Source: a virus. From it: a DNA stretch of 64,000 nucleotides. The stretch is from IMG/VR virus record IMGVR_UViG_3300042508_000910; one strand, 5' to 3'. Positions 49,662-59,476 of the stretch are shown piece by piece; the first letter of the stretch is position 1, and each line of letters starts with the position of its first letter. The notes beneath the pieces are model-generated. The model saw only the letters and a program-made list of their open reading frames with translations, made no database searches and was not told the origin of the DNA. A program made the translations under genes and the position numbers.

Positions 49662-51564
49662 ATTTAAAGTCCTTATAAGCTATATTTGTTTTACCATTAT
49701 GAAGGTATGTTAAAAATCTTTGAGTTTGAGAATATGGTAAAAATGCTATTTCAAAAAATCCATTATGATCTCCACCACCTTCTAGCCATATTAAACTGTC
49801 CATTTGTGGAACGTATTGTATAATTTTATCTACATATGGATTAGCTTCTAAAACATCAAAATATTCCTGTTTTGTAGCAACATAGAATTTATAGTTTGGA
49901 TATTGTTCTTTGATAGATTTGAAAAGGCTTGTTGACAAGAATATATCTCCTATACTTTCTGGCATAACATATAACAATCTTTTAGATTCATCGTCTTTAT
50001 CCAATAAATCCTCAAAAGATATTTTTTTAGATTCTTTATTTTTCTCATTGGCTACATGTCTAAAATAGTTTTCTACATCTGCTCTGCTTTTACCTTTAGA
50101 TAGTTCATCTAACCAATATCTAACACCATCATCATTATTCTCTACTTGCATTTTTAATATATGTTTATACATATATTTTAACCATTCTAAATTCTCTTTT
50201 ATATCTGGGACTTGATGATATGGGTCTTTTTCTTCAAATTTAAAATTAATACTTTTATCAATTGTTTTGCAAGAGTCTATAAAAGATTCTATGGTTTTTC
50301 CAATGCTCTCTACGGAATAATTATTAATTGTCCATTGTCTAGCTTTATTGCCAAAATCTTTTCTTTCTTCAATTGACATTGAATAAACTATTTGTAATTT
50401 ATCAGCTATGGACTTTGGTAAAGTAGAAGCTTTAATAAATTCTGTTCCATGCTCTCTATACTCTGCCCATTCTAATGGCAAACTATAGGCTTCTTTTTGA
50501 CACATTTCTTCTCCACATGAGTAATTAGTGACTAATGTGATTAGTTCGGCTAGTTTTGCTTCTTGTATTGGAATCTCTTGACCACCGCTCGTAAATGGAT
50601 GACAATACACATCCATTAAATTATAGATTTGATTTAATTCTTCCTCTGTTACACCTATGCCTACATTAGTTGTAATCTGTGACTTTGCAGATCTGCAGTA
50701 TTTACAGTCCAAATCTTGACCAGTGAAATTTTTTACTTCATATTCTCCGCAAGCTCTGCATATATATGTTGTATATATTTCTCTAGGATCAATACCATAT
50801 TCTTGGGCTAGTTTCATTATATTCCAGCCTTCTCCAAAATGAGTGTGAAGTAGCAAGCCACTATTTTTTACATTATTTTCTTTCTTCCACAATGCATATC
50901 CTTCTAAAAGATTCGGAACACTCTTTCTTAATTGATTTCTAAATACAAATCCGACTATAAATTTATTCTTGTCTATATTAAACTTATTTCTTAACTCAAG
51001 TCGTTTTTCATCTGATAATCTATAGAAATTAGAAGTATCTAAAGCTCCATGAACAGTTTTTACATGATTATGGCCTAGTTTATGCAAAGCTTGAGTTGCG
51101 AAATCACTCCAAATCCAGTAATTCTTTACTTTTGGAGAACACTTAACTGCTGAATCTAATATAGGCAAGGAATCGAGAGTTGTCCATATTACAGAATTGA
51201 TTTTATTGAACCAAGGTTTATCTATAGCAAAATCTACGCCCCATATATCTTGCACCGCAATATAAACATCTGGTCTTTCATTTTCAATAACCTCATCTAA
51301 CAAATGTGCTCCATAACTTGCCATTCTAGCTAGATGAGGATCTCTATTCAGTTTTTCTATCTCTTGTTGGTTATCTGGTAATGATCCAAGACTTTTCCAT
51401 GGTGTTCTTTCTAATTGTGGGTTACCTTTTTGCATTCCACAGCAATAATGCACAATATCATATTTGCCAGTACTATATAAATATTTTAAGATAGCTTTGG
51501 CATTTCTTCCAAAGCCAGTCTTTGCTAAACTAAAGTCTGATTGAAAAACTATTTTTTTACGCAT
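49648..51564 (-). CDS. GT4-like glycosyltransferase fused to GT9-like N-terminal half
   Basis: TGFG.; F.VG.V.RNQ.RK....L; LN.IYN.MDV..HP..SGG...P..EA; C-terminal SIGDI.LST.....IK..YP......NPYVDKII. Confidence 0.8.
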   Translation of the reverse strand: MRKKIVFQSDFSLAKTGFGRNAKAILKYLYSTGKYDIVHYCCGMQKGNPQLERTPWKSLGSLPDNQQEIEKLNRDPHLARMASYGAHLLDEVIENERPDVYIAVQDIWGVDFAIDKPWFNKINSVIWTTLDSLPILDSAVKCSPKVKNYWIWSDFATQALHKLGHNHVKTVHGALDTSNFYRLSDEKRLELRNKFNIDKNKFIVGFVFRNQLRKSVPNLLEGYALWKKENNVKNSGLLLHTHFGEGWNIMKLAQEYGIDPREIYTTYICRACGEYEVKNFTGQDLDCKYCRSAKSQITTNVGIGVTEEELNQIYNLMDVYCHPFTSGGQEIPIQEAKLAELITLVTNYSCGEEMCQKEAYSLPLEWAEYREHGTEFIKASTLPKSIADKLQIVYSMSIEERKDFGNKARQWTINNYSVESIGKTIESFIDSCKTIDKSINFKFEEKDPYHQVPDIKENLEWLKYMYKHILKMQVENNDDGVRYWLDELSKGKSRADVENYFRHVANEKNKESKKISFEDLLDKDDESKRLLYVMPESIGDIFLSTSLFKSIKEQYPNYKFYVATKQEYFDVLEANPYVDKIIQYVPQMDSLIWLEGGGDHNGFFEIAFLPYSQTQRFLTYLHNGKTNIAYKDFKYAPN

Positions 51565-51571
51565 TTATATA

Positions 51572-52150
51572 TTACCAAAGATCATCTTCGTCATTTGAAA
51601 GCTCTGAATCTTCAGCATCTTCTACATCTTTAGATTTCTTATTCTCTAAGGCTTTAGATTTGGCATTTTTTAATTTTTTAATTTCTTCACTTCTTTCTGT
51701 TGAGAAGATATGACCTAATCCAAATTTAATATATTCTGCAACAAGTCTTGCTTCAGCGAAAGTAAATCCTATTAGGAAACTTACTGCTGGTTGAGTTGTT
51801 TGAGTCTTAGAATTCTTTATAACATTCAAGCTATAGCCTATCTGTTTATCTTCCCTTATATATGGCGAAAATTTAATTCCTAGTTTTTGATTCTCTGAAT
51901 TATGAAAGAAATCTGTGGTTCTATTATTTTCTAATGCATCTAGAATCCCACAGGCTTCTATTTTAGATAATTTTACTACTACCTTCTTTTCTGGATTTTG
52001 AGCATTCTCTGAGAAACTTCCGATCTTCTTTTGATCGTTCCATGATGCTTGTTTAATTAAATTTAAATAAAAATTACCATCTAAATTATTAAATGAAAAG
52101 CTGCAAGCTGTACCTGTATTTCTAGGTGTGGGTTTATAAATTTGTATCAT
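51572..52150 (-). CDS. Putative Whirly-fold ssDNA-binding protein with acidic tail
   Basis: IYK, K.V.KLS..E...I, DFFH and F..AE...V motifs follow the Whirly pattern; tail DAEDSELSNDEDDLW; adjacent to polymerase. Confidence 0.5.
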   Translation of the reverse strand: MIQIYKPTPRNTGTACSFSFNNLDGNFYLNLIKQASWNDQKKIGSFSENAQNPEKKVVVKLSKIEACGILDALENNRTTDFFHNSENQKLGIKFSPYIREDKQIGYSLNVIKNSKTQTTQPAVSFLIGFTFAEARLVAEYIKFGLGHIFSTERSEEIKKLKNAKSKALENKKSKDVEDAEDSELSNDEDDLW

Positions 52151-52157
52151 ATATTAT

Positions 52158-52186
52158 ATATTATCACCATTAAGTAGATAAATCAA
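52158..52186 (-). promoter_or_regulatory. Sigma70-type promoter TTGATT-17-TAATAT
   Basis: -10 ends 7 nt before ATG 52150. Confidence 0.6.
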
Positions 52187-52187
52187 G

Positions 52188-54728
52188 TTATTTTTCTTTA
52201 ATTTCTCCAAGTTTCATAAATATCTTATGATCTTGAATAGCTATTAAGTCTGCAAAAACTGAATCTTCACTCTTTTTCCTTCCTCGAACAATTACTATAT
52301 TATTTTCGTCTGGTAATACATTATTCATTTCTTTACATTCTTCAATCTTATCGTTAAATATGAGAGCATTAATACTAGATGTTTCATCTTGAATATTAAG
52401 TCTTAGATATCTTGTCTTTTTACTGTTATTTGCCACGCCTAAATATTGGTCTTTAATAACCCCGATAAATAAAACTGGCAATCCTTCTGGAGCCTCATTA
52501 ACTTCTCTAATATTAAGAAGATCTGGCTTTTGATCAGAAAAAATATCTTTTAATGTTGTATTATATGTATAACCTAATAGTTTATTTTCATAATACCAAT
52601 TTGCAAATCTTTCGTTTTTACTATTCTGCTCGTAAATCTTCTTATATGGTGTGTACGCTTTCCTAATTGTCTCTAGTCTAGAGTCTTTAATTATGTTCTT
52701 GCCTTTCTCGTCTTTAGTAGAATTAAGAAATTTAATTATCTTAAATAGATCGTAATCAAATTTCTCTCCATACATCATTGCATATTTTTGTTCATTTTGA
52801 TTAAGTATATTCCAAAGTTGAGCTTCTAAAACCACTTTACTTCTTGATTGTTTAAAGTTTTCTAAAGCTCCAGCTTGTATTAGCGGGGACAATACTCTAA
52901 TAGATAGTTTAGCTTGTTGGGCAGATTTGAATACATCAAATTTTGTAGCATACTTATTCCTAAAATTATTAAGTCTTTCAATTGATTTATCTGATATACC
53001 CTTAATTGATAAAAGGCCGAATCTAATATCTTTATCTTCCACGCTAAAATCCATTTCAGACTTTACTATATGCGGTGGTAATAATTTAATATTAAATAGA
53101 TCCATCTCTTTATGAATTTTAGATATTTCTGCAATAGGATCTGGTTCGAACCTAGTCATCTTTAGCAAAGATAAAAAGAATTCTTTGGGGTATTTAAATT
53201 TTAAATAGATTGTAATTGCTGCCAAAGCTGCATAACTTTGACTATGACTTGCATTAAAAGAATAGTTTGCAGAATCTTCTAAGATCTTCCAAAGAACTTC
53301 TCCAACTTCTTTTGGTAGATTATTTTTTGTACATTTCTTTTCAATCTTTTCTTTCCAAGCTTTAATTTCTTCTACCTTTTTCTTTCCTACAATTCTTCTT
53401 AGAATTTCTGCCTCGTCTAATGTAAATCCTATCTTATGTGCCATTTGCATAAGCTGTTCTTGATAAAGAGCTACGCCCCCAGTTCTCTTTAGAATATCAT
53501 CAAAAAATGGATGAATCGATTGAAAGTCTCCAGTTTCTACATATTTAGCGTATTGATCTACGAATTGCAAAGCTCCAGGTCTAGCAAGAGCTAATACTCC
53601 ACTCAATTCTTCTGAGTTTCTAGGCTTAACTTTTTTACAAACTTTAAAATTAGTATCTGCTTCAATTTGAAAAAGACCATGTGGACTTTTAAGGTCTTGC
53701 AATTGTTGGTAAATAAAATTATCTTCTATATCAATATCTTCAATATTTTTATTGATCATGCTACATACATCATAGACTACGGATACGCTTCTTAAACCTA
53801 ATAAGTCTAGCTTAACATTAAATTGACTAATATCATTCATATCAAATGCGCTTACAGGCTCTTTGTCAGATGATAACTCTAATGGACAAGCATCGGAAAG
53901 TGGACTATGAGAAATTTGGACTCCAGATGGATGTACGCCTTTATTTTTAATAAGATTGCGAAGCTTTAGAGCTATATTATATATCTCTGAATTTTCATCA
54001 CACCATTCTTTAAACTTTTCTACCTCTGTATAAGCGTCAGCAATATCTTTAACTTGACCGAAAACCTTTGGAATTAAAGAGCTTACTCCAGTCATTTCAG
54101 TCTCACTTTTTTCATCAACAATCTTACCGCACTCTTTAATTAATAGCTTTCCACTCAAAGTATTAAATGTAAGAATCTTGCTTATTCTATTAGGGAATAT
54201 TTCATTAAGGAAATCTATAACTTTATGTCTATTATAATAACAAATATCCAAATCTACGTCACACATTAAACTGCCGTCTAGATACGTTATTCCATCAACA
54301 ACCTGCTTTTTAGCTCGAATCTTAGATATAAATCTTTCAAAATAAAGGTTATGTTTAATTGGGTCAATCTTTGTCACCCCAATAAGATATAAAATAAGAC
54401 TTCCTGCTGCACTTCCTCGACCTAGACCAGTTGGTATTTTATTCTCTTTGCAATAATCAATAACAAGCCAAACTAAAATAATATAATCAATAAAGCCTAA
54501 ATCTTCTATAATCTCAAATTCATGATCGAGTCTCTTTTTGTATTCTTTGCTTTGTGGTAAATTTGAATAAGCAAGCTTTTTTAAGAATTCTGTATTTGAT
54601 GCATCTTCTGATAAACCTAGATTTCTTTTATGATCTACCTTTACTTTAAATTCTGGTAGTCTTACTCCATACAAAGGCAAATCAATCTTATCGAATGAAT
54701 TAACAAAATCAGAACTCTTCGTCATCAT
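52188..54728 (-). CDS. dnaE: DNA polymerase III alpha subunit core (lacks PHP domain)
   Basis: GLGRGSAAGSL..YL.G.T..DP; DVDLD; GVHPSG; KLDLLGL; YQEQ.M; YSFNASH...YA; IRFGL.SIKG; C-terminal OB fold. Confidence 0.95.
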   Translation of the reverse strand: MMTKSSDFVNSFDKIDLPLYGVRLPEFKVKVDHKRNLGLSEDASNTEFLKKLAYSNLPQSKEYKKRLDHEFEIIEDLGFIDYIILVWLVIDYCKENKIPTGLGRGSAAGSLILYLIGVTKIDPIKHNLYFERFISKIRAKKQVVDGITYLDGSLMCDVDLDICYYNRHKVIDFLNEIFPNRISKILTFNTLSGKLLIKECGKIVDEKSETEMTGVSSLIPKVFGQVKDIADAYTEVEKFKEWCDENSEIYNIALKLRNLIKNKGVHPSGVQISHSPLSDACPLELSSDKEPVSAFDMNDISQFNVKLDLLGLRSVSVVYDVCSMINKNIEDIDIEDNFIYQQLQDLKSPHGLFQIEADTNFKVCKKVKPRNSEELSGVLALARPGALQFVDQYAKYVETGDFQSIHPFFDDILKRTGGVALYQEQLMQMAHKIGFTLDEAEILRRIVGKKKVEEIKAWKEKIEKKCTKNNLPKEVGEVLWKILEDSANYSFNASHSQSYAALAAITIYLKFKYPKEFFLSLLKMTRFEPDPIAEISKIHKEMDLFNIKLLPPHIVKSEMDFSVEDKDIRFGLLSIKGISDKSIERLNNFRNKYATKFDVFKSAQQAKLSIRVLSPLIQAGALENFKQSRSKVVLEAQLWNILNQNEQKYAMMYGEKFDYDLFKIIKFLNSTKDEKGKNIIKDSRLETIRKAYTPYKKIYEQNSKNERFANWYYENKLLGYTYNTTLKDIFSDQKPDLLNIREVNEAPEGLPVLFIGVIKDQYLGVANNSKKTRYLRLNIQDETSSINALIFNDKIEECKEMNNVLPDENNIVIVRGRKKSEDSVFADLIAIQDHKIFMKLGEIKEK

Positions 54729-54957
54729 TTTTCTTCTTACGCTTTTTCCTAGATTTATTAATAGATTTATCTAAATTTTGTTGAAATTCGGTTAGGCCTT
54801 CTTTTAAGGCGGCGAAAGATTTTTCTTCGTTATTTAATGAATAGAATACATCTGCTTTACTATTAGTCTTGCCGTGTTGTAAAGTTATTAAAAGATAATC
54901 AATATTCTCTTTTTCAAACTTATTCAATATATCGTATATAAAATCCATTGATGCCAT
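54709..54957 (-). CDS. Hypothetical protein (start revised to MASMDF at 54957)
   Basis: Promoter at 54967-54995 lies inside the longer ORF call; basic C-terminus. Confidence 0.55.
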   Translation of the reverse strand: MASMDFIYDILNKFEKENIDYLLITLQHGKTNSKADVFYSLNNEEKSFAALKEGLTEFQQNLDKSINKSRKKRKKKNDDEEF

Positions 54958-54966
54958 AATAAAAGT

Positions 54967-54995
54967 ATTATATGTGTTTATTGTTCTAAATGCAA
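54967..54995 (-). promoter_or_regulatory. Sigma70-type promoter TTGCAT-17-TATAAT
   Basis: Perfect -10, 9 nt before ATG 54957. Confidence 0.7.
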
Positions 54996-55637
54996 TCAAA
55001 TATTTACCATGTATTTGATTTTGTTCCAAACCTTAAAATTTAACTCCAAATCTGAGAGTGCGTTATGTAGTGAATCATAATCGTGTTGTATATCTAAATC
55101 TTTTCCAGCTGCAGTTAAATTTGTTCTCACATTTTTGACTTTAGTATGATAAAGTTTGTACATATATTCTGGCAGACTTTCTTTTTTAGAATCGAATGAG
55201 TTTGAGGTTTTAATACCTTTATATAGAAGATTTGTATCAATAGATTTTTTAATAAAATCAAAAGGCTTTAAACCCATAAATTTATAATATTCACTTAACA
55301 TATAAAGATCAAATCCTAAGATATTATGCCCAACAATATAATCCGCTTTTTCTAACCAATCTTGCATTGTTGGAAAAAATGCTTCTGGTGATATACCATG
55401 TTTTTCGATATTCTTTGGATCATATCTTGTTATTCTTGCCGCATCTTTACTTACTTTAAGATGAGTATTCCATTTTAAATAGACATCTTTAGAATCAATA
55501 ATTCTATCTCCTTGACATTTAAGCATAGCTATTTGCCAAGGTCTATTATGACAATAATTTAAACATAAATTAAATGTCTCACAATCTATAAAAACTAATG
55601 TTTTATTCTTATCGAATCTTAGTAGATGTTCATCCAT
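54996..55637 (-). CDS. DEDDh 3'-5' exonuclease (DnaQ/epsilon-like)
   Basis: FIDCET, VGHNILGFD, LHNALSD. Confidence 0.9.
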   Translation of the reverse strand: MDEHLLRFDKNKTLVFIDCETFNLCLNYCHNRPWQIAMLKCQGDRIIDSKDVYLKWNTHLKVSKDAARITRYDPKNIEKHGISPEAFFPTMQDWLEKADYIVGHNILGFDLYMLSEYYKFMGLKPFDFIKKSIDTNLLYKGIKTSNSFDSKKESLPEYMYKLYHTKVKNVRTNLTAAGKDLDIQHDYDSLHNALSDLELNFKVWNKIKYMVNI

Positions 55638-56160
55638 TGTTATATCCTATATCTTTGAATGGGTCTTCAATTTCTAAATCTTTTTTATATTTTTCATATA
55701 ATTCGTATGGCATCTCTTTATCTCTAATATTATAGTGCCATTCTAAATGTTCAACCTTATTTTGAAAGATCCATTCACCATTATTCTCTGTTAAGTTGTA
55801 TAAATGAAACTTTCTAATGCAATCTGAAAAAGCCACAATATATACTGGGCATCTAAGTAGCTCTGCAATATCAACGCTAATAGCTCTTTGTTTATCCCTT
55901 ATACAATATCTATAAATAATAGAATCAAAATAATTTTGTGAAGGAGTCCATATGTAATTATCTATCCTTGTTAACTCTAATACTGCAACAGGGATATTTT
56001 TATGATTCTTTATTTTAAGACATATTAAATCTTGATCTATTGCATAAAGTCCATTTTGTTCGTATAAAAATTTTCTATAATCAATAGTTCTATCTTCATT
56101 ATCTGCTCTTTGACGGACTTTTGATCCGTATTCATTAACTATTTTTTCTATTGTTTTCAT
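55630..56160 (-). CDS. Hypothetical protein, possibly PD-(D/E)XK-like (start revised to ATG 56160)
   Basis: ATGA overlap with PHP gene; D.D...K...P.A..E pattern is weak. Confidence 0.45.
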   Translation of the reverse strand: MKTIEKIVNEYGSKVRQRADNEDRTIDYRKFLYEQNGLYAIDQDLICLKIKNHKNIPVAVLELTRIDNYIWTPSQNYFDSIIYRYCIRDKQRAISVDIAELLRCPVYIVAFSDCIRKFHLYNLTENNGEWIFQNKVEHLEWHYNIRDKEMPYELYEKYKKDLEIEDPFKDIGYNNG

Positions 56161-56918
56161 TTTTTGTTTTGTTCTAGCCAACTTTCAAGACAAAATTCAT
56201 CACTAGACATATGCTCTATCTCTGGCTTATTTAGGGTGGTTCTATTGTTAATACATCTGAACGTTAAAAAGCTTTTAAAATCTTTTTTATTCTTATAGTA
56301 AATACTCTTTGTTCGTAGAATATCAAGATTATTTAATTTAGCAAACTCTATCATTTTATCTTTAACCAAAGGATCAAATATAAGAGAATTATCTTCTATA
56401 AAAACTGTTGGCTTATAGTTCTCTATAAATGGAACACATTGATAACCTTTTAGAGTGTTATTGAAGATAAAATTATCATAAAATGGTATAGCAATTTTTA
56501 TATTTTCATTAAAACATTCTTTTAAAGAATTCATATCTAATCTTGGCGTATAATAAAAACCTTCTACGCTTGCTTTTGTCCATAACTTAATAAGAGTTTT
56601 ATATCCTTCGTTTCCATTAGCGAATATAATTAATTTGTGATGTTTCTTAAGCTCATCTTCATTTTTATTATTTATATTATCACAGAATATAAATTTAATG
56701 CCAAATATTAGATCAATATTATTTGCTTTCAAATTTTTGAAAGCCTGAAGAAAACCGCTAAAACAATCTTCTACAAGAAATACCTTTTTTAACTTACAAT
56801 CTCTTGCTATCTGTATTATAGAATCTGGTTCGTTTTCTTCAGAGGTCTCTTCTTCAAGAGTTAATATACTTTTTCCTATTGAAAAGTGACTCTTAAAAAG
56901 AGGTATTACGTTGTGCAT
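56157..56918 (-). CDS. Stand-alone PHP domain of DNA polymerase III alpha (degenerate metal ligands)
   Basis: KSHFSIGKS; I..IFG; L...A....GYK.L.KL...A..EGFYY.PR.D match the DnaE N-terminus. Confidence 0.85.
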   Translation of the reverse strand: MHNVIPLFKSHFSIGKSILTLEEETSEENEPDSIIQIARDCKLKKVFLVEDCFSGFLQAFKNLKANNIDLIFGIKFIFCDNINNKNEDELKKHHKLIIFANGNEGYKTLIKLWTKASVEGFYYTPRLDMNSLKECFNENIKIAIPFYDNFIFNNTLKGYQCVPFIENYKPTVFIEDNSLIFDPLVKDKMIEFAKLNNLDILRTKSIYYKNKKDFKSFLTFRCINNRTTLNKPEIEHMSSDEFCLESWLEQNKK

Positions 56919-56924
56919 TTCTTA

Positions 56925-56953
56925 TTTATACTATATTCTATTTTATATGTCAA
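56925..56953 (-). promoter_or_regulatory. Sigma70-type promoter TTGACA-17-TATAAA
   Basis: -10 ends 6 nt before ATG 56918. Confidence 0.75.
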
Positions 56954-57942
56954 GATAAATCATCAAAATCATCTTTAGCTTTCGGAGACATTTCTTCTAG
57001 TATATCTTCAGATGATTTATTAATTGAAACATTATTAAATCTTGGACATCCTGCATATTTTCTTTTTTCTATTTTAAATCCTTTAACATCTTTAAAATTG
57101 CCATCAAAATTAGATTCAATAATTTCATTCTTTTCGTTTAATTTAACATGATATTCAAAAGAGTCTTTATATGGACATTTCCAATTTCCAACTCCACACA
57201 TCCATTTGCTTTTTGGATTATCTAGAGCGAAATTAGATTCTGCGCTTTTTATATCAAAATTATTAACATGAGCATTAACGTATTCAAGATAATGTTCAAA
57301 TCCTTTGATTTGATTATCGTCAAATTGAAGCTCTTGAATTGGTTGTTTTGGAAATCTTAAGAAGAGGAACTTTACAACTGGCTTTAATTTGGGCCATAGC
57401 TTTTTACTTGCTAGACTATACATCATAGCTTGAATATTAGCTTCTAGATCATCCCCTCTAAATTTAGCTTTTGAGCTTTTGTAATCAACTATTACCATTT
57501 TATCTTTTGTTTTAATAGGCTTATCAATAAACCCCTTAACATGATATTTTGGGTTATCGCTCTTTATCTCAAAAGCATATTCTGGTGCAACAATTTTACC
57601 TTCTTCACCATAAAAATCATGCTTTAATCCTACGAGAATCATCTCATCCAATACTTCAAAATTTGATATATTTAATGGGGCTTGGTTCATTAACTTAATT
57701 ACTAGTCGTTCTATAGCCTTACTACCTTTAATAGAATTCTTTTTAATAATTGAATTAAAATGTTTTTTATGTTTCTTATTTAAAAGCAATTCAAATATCT
57801 TATGACATACTGTTCCTCTCAATGCTCCGTCATTTTGAGTCTGAGGGATTTTAGTATGATAGTTATTCCAATAAACCCAAGAACAAGTTTCTAGGGTTTT
57901 AATCCTTGAAGCTGATAATATTTTTAAAGATTTGTTTTCCAT
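56950..57942 (-). CDS. PD-(D/E)XK exonuclease (RecB/Cas4-like)
   Basis: LSASRI....C; GT..H; GFID; IVDYKS; Q...Y; C-terminal cysteines. Confidence 0.85.
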   Translation of the reverse strand: MENKSLKILSASRIKTLETCSWVYWNNYHTKIPQTQNDGALRGTVCHKIFELLLNKKHKKHFNSIIKKNSIKGSKAIERLVIKLMNQAPLNISNFEVLDEMILVGLKHDFYGEEGKIVAPEYAFEIKSDNPKYHVKGFIDKPIKTKDKMVIVDYKSSKAKFRGDDLEANIQAMMYSLASKKLWPKLKPVVKFLFLRFPKQPIQELQFDDNQIKGFEHYLEYVNAHVNNFDIKSAESNFALDNPKSKWMCGVGNWKCPYKDSFEYHVKLNEKNEIIESNFDGNFKDVKGFKIEKRKYAGCPRFNNVSINKSSEDILEEMSPKAKDDFDDLS

Positions 57943-58832
57943 TGTAAAATCTCTTCCTTTTTCATCTCTCCAAAATCTTTCTTTGTTGGTAATCTGATTT
58001 CAATATGATGTTTATCAAAATGTTTTAATAATTTATCTTTAGCTTTTTCTGCAGCCATATTTCCAGCGTTATTATTTTGACTATCATTATTAAAAGATAT
58101 GTAAATTTTATTTGGGTTTAATATTAGCAATGTATTGAGTATGCTTATGCTTAAATTTAATCCAAAAGTAACTATAGTATTCTTTACTCCAGCATCCCAT
58201 AAACTTAGCATATCTCCTATGCTTTCAATTAGAAAGATATCTTTTGAGTTGTTTAAAATATCATAGTTTACTTGAGTAGGATATATCCAGTTACTTTTAT
58301 CTCCCACTAGTTTCCATTTTGGACTCATTTTTTCATTTCGATTTAGAATATCTCTTCCTGCAACGCCTATTAATTGTCCATCTTTATTAAAAATTGGAAA
58401 TACATATCTACCTTTCATCCTACCTTCTGTTAAAATACCGCCTTCAAAAATATTAGTTGTTTCATCGCTAATGTTTCTTTTATGCCAAAATGAATTATCT
58501 TTTACAAGTTTAGATAGAATATCTTTTGGATAGCATTTTACTTGTTTTATCTCTGGCTTCTTATAAACTGTATAGGTATTTGTATTTGGTAATTTTTGGT
58601 TAATCCATTCTTTAGCTTCAGAATTATTTGGTAAATTTAAAGTCATTCTAACTAGATCTTGAAGGTTGCCAGTTATATTCTCTTTATAATCAACCCATTT
58701 GCCACTATCTTTATAGATAACTAGAACATTTTCATTATCTGAATCTCTATATAGGGGTTTTGTTCGATACTCTTTTGAGTATTCTTTTAAAGAGTAACCT
58801 AAATTAGATAAAATTTCTCTTATGTTTTCCAT
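57924..58832 (-). CDS. DnaG-like primase (Toprim)
   Basis: RYVFPI.N..G..IG..GR; PKW; FLIESIGD..SL...G; FNND....AG; LP..KDFGEM. Confidence 0.8.
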   Translation of the reverse strand: MENIREILSNLGYSLKEYSKEYRTKPLYRDSDNENVLVIYKDSGKWVDYKENITGNLQDLVRMTLNLPNNSEAKEWINQKLPNTNTYTVYKKPEIKQVKCYPKDILSKLVKDNSFWHKRNISDETTNIFEGGILTEGRMKGRYVFPIFNKDGQLIGVAGRDILNRNEKMSPKWKLVGDKSNWIYPTQVNYDILNNSKDIFLIESIGDMLSLWDAGVKNTIVTFGLNLSISILNTLLILNPNKIYISFNNDSQNNNAGNMAAEKAKDKLLKHFDKHHIEIRLPTKKDFGEMKKEEILQWKTNL

Positions 58833-59476
58833 TGTAAAGCTTCGCTAATAGTTGGAAATTCTTTAATAAAGATTTTCTTACATCTATCTGCAATAATTCT
58901 GTGTTCTTTTTGAGTATTCTGCTCAGTCCTTAAATCTAGATAATGTATCCAACTTCTAAGTGAGCCTTTCATATACATTGTAGTTTCTGTAGTTAACGGA
59001 AGTATCATTCTAGCCACTTCTTTTGCTACTCCATTCTCTATCATAGTCTCGTAGCAATGTTGTGATAGTGAAGCGGATTCTGCAATTAAATTACTTATAT
59101 TCTCATATGCTGGATGATTAACCGACATGAGATTTTCTCCTACTTGTCTATTTTTATCTCCTTGCATTCTTAATTCTATATCTTCAAATTGCGTTGCTAA
59201 ACTATATCTTTGACTAAACTCTTGAAATGAAAAAGAGCGATGTCTAAGTATTTGTGCGGCGATAGCTCTGCTAGTTTTAATCTCAACAGTCATATCCACC
59301 ATCTCAAATGGAGACCAATGCTTGTGTTTAATTAAAAATCCTAATAGTTTAGGCGCAGTTTCAGTATTTATTTGATTAGAAGGATTACTTACTCTTGCAC
59401 AATAAGCGACTAAATCTTCTGCGTTATCTATTCCATCTATGTATGGTTGAGTAATTGATATTAATTTAACATTCAT
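58820..59476 (-). CDS. thyX: Flavin-dependent thymidylate synthase
   Basis: H.SPFE; QILRHRSFSFQEFSQRY; E.AR..LP. Confidence 0.95.
   Translation of the reverse strand: MNVKLISITQPYIDGIDNAEDLVAYCARVSNPSNQINTETAPKLLGFLIKHKHWSPFEMVDMTVEIKTSRAIAAQILRHRSFSFQEFSQRYSLATQFEDIELRMQGDKNRQVGENLMSVNHPAYENISNLIAESASLSQHCYETMIENGVAKEVARMILPLTTETTMYMKGSLRSWIHYLDLRTEQNTQKEHRIIADRCKKIFIKEFPTISEALQWKT

Noticed and set aside
56160-56181. Histone H3-like N-terminus MARTKQ
   Set aside because: Depends on a TTG start inside the upstream gene; ATG 56160 with ATGA overlap is the likelier start. MARTK in the recombinase is probably coincidence
56950-57942. CRISPR-associated Cas4 or CRISPR array
   Set aside because: Solo PD-(D/E)XK nuclease in a replication module; no repeat-spacer array or other cas genes seen
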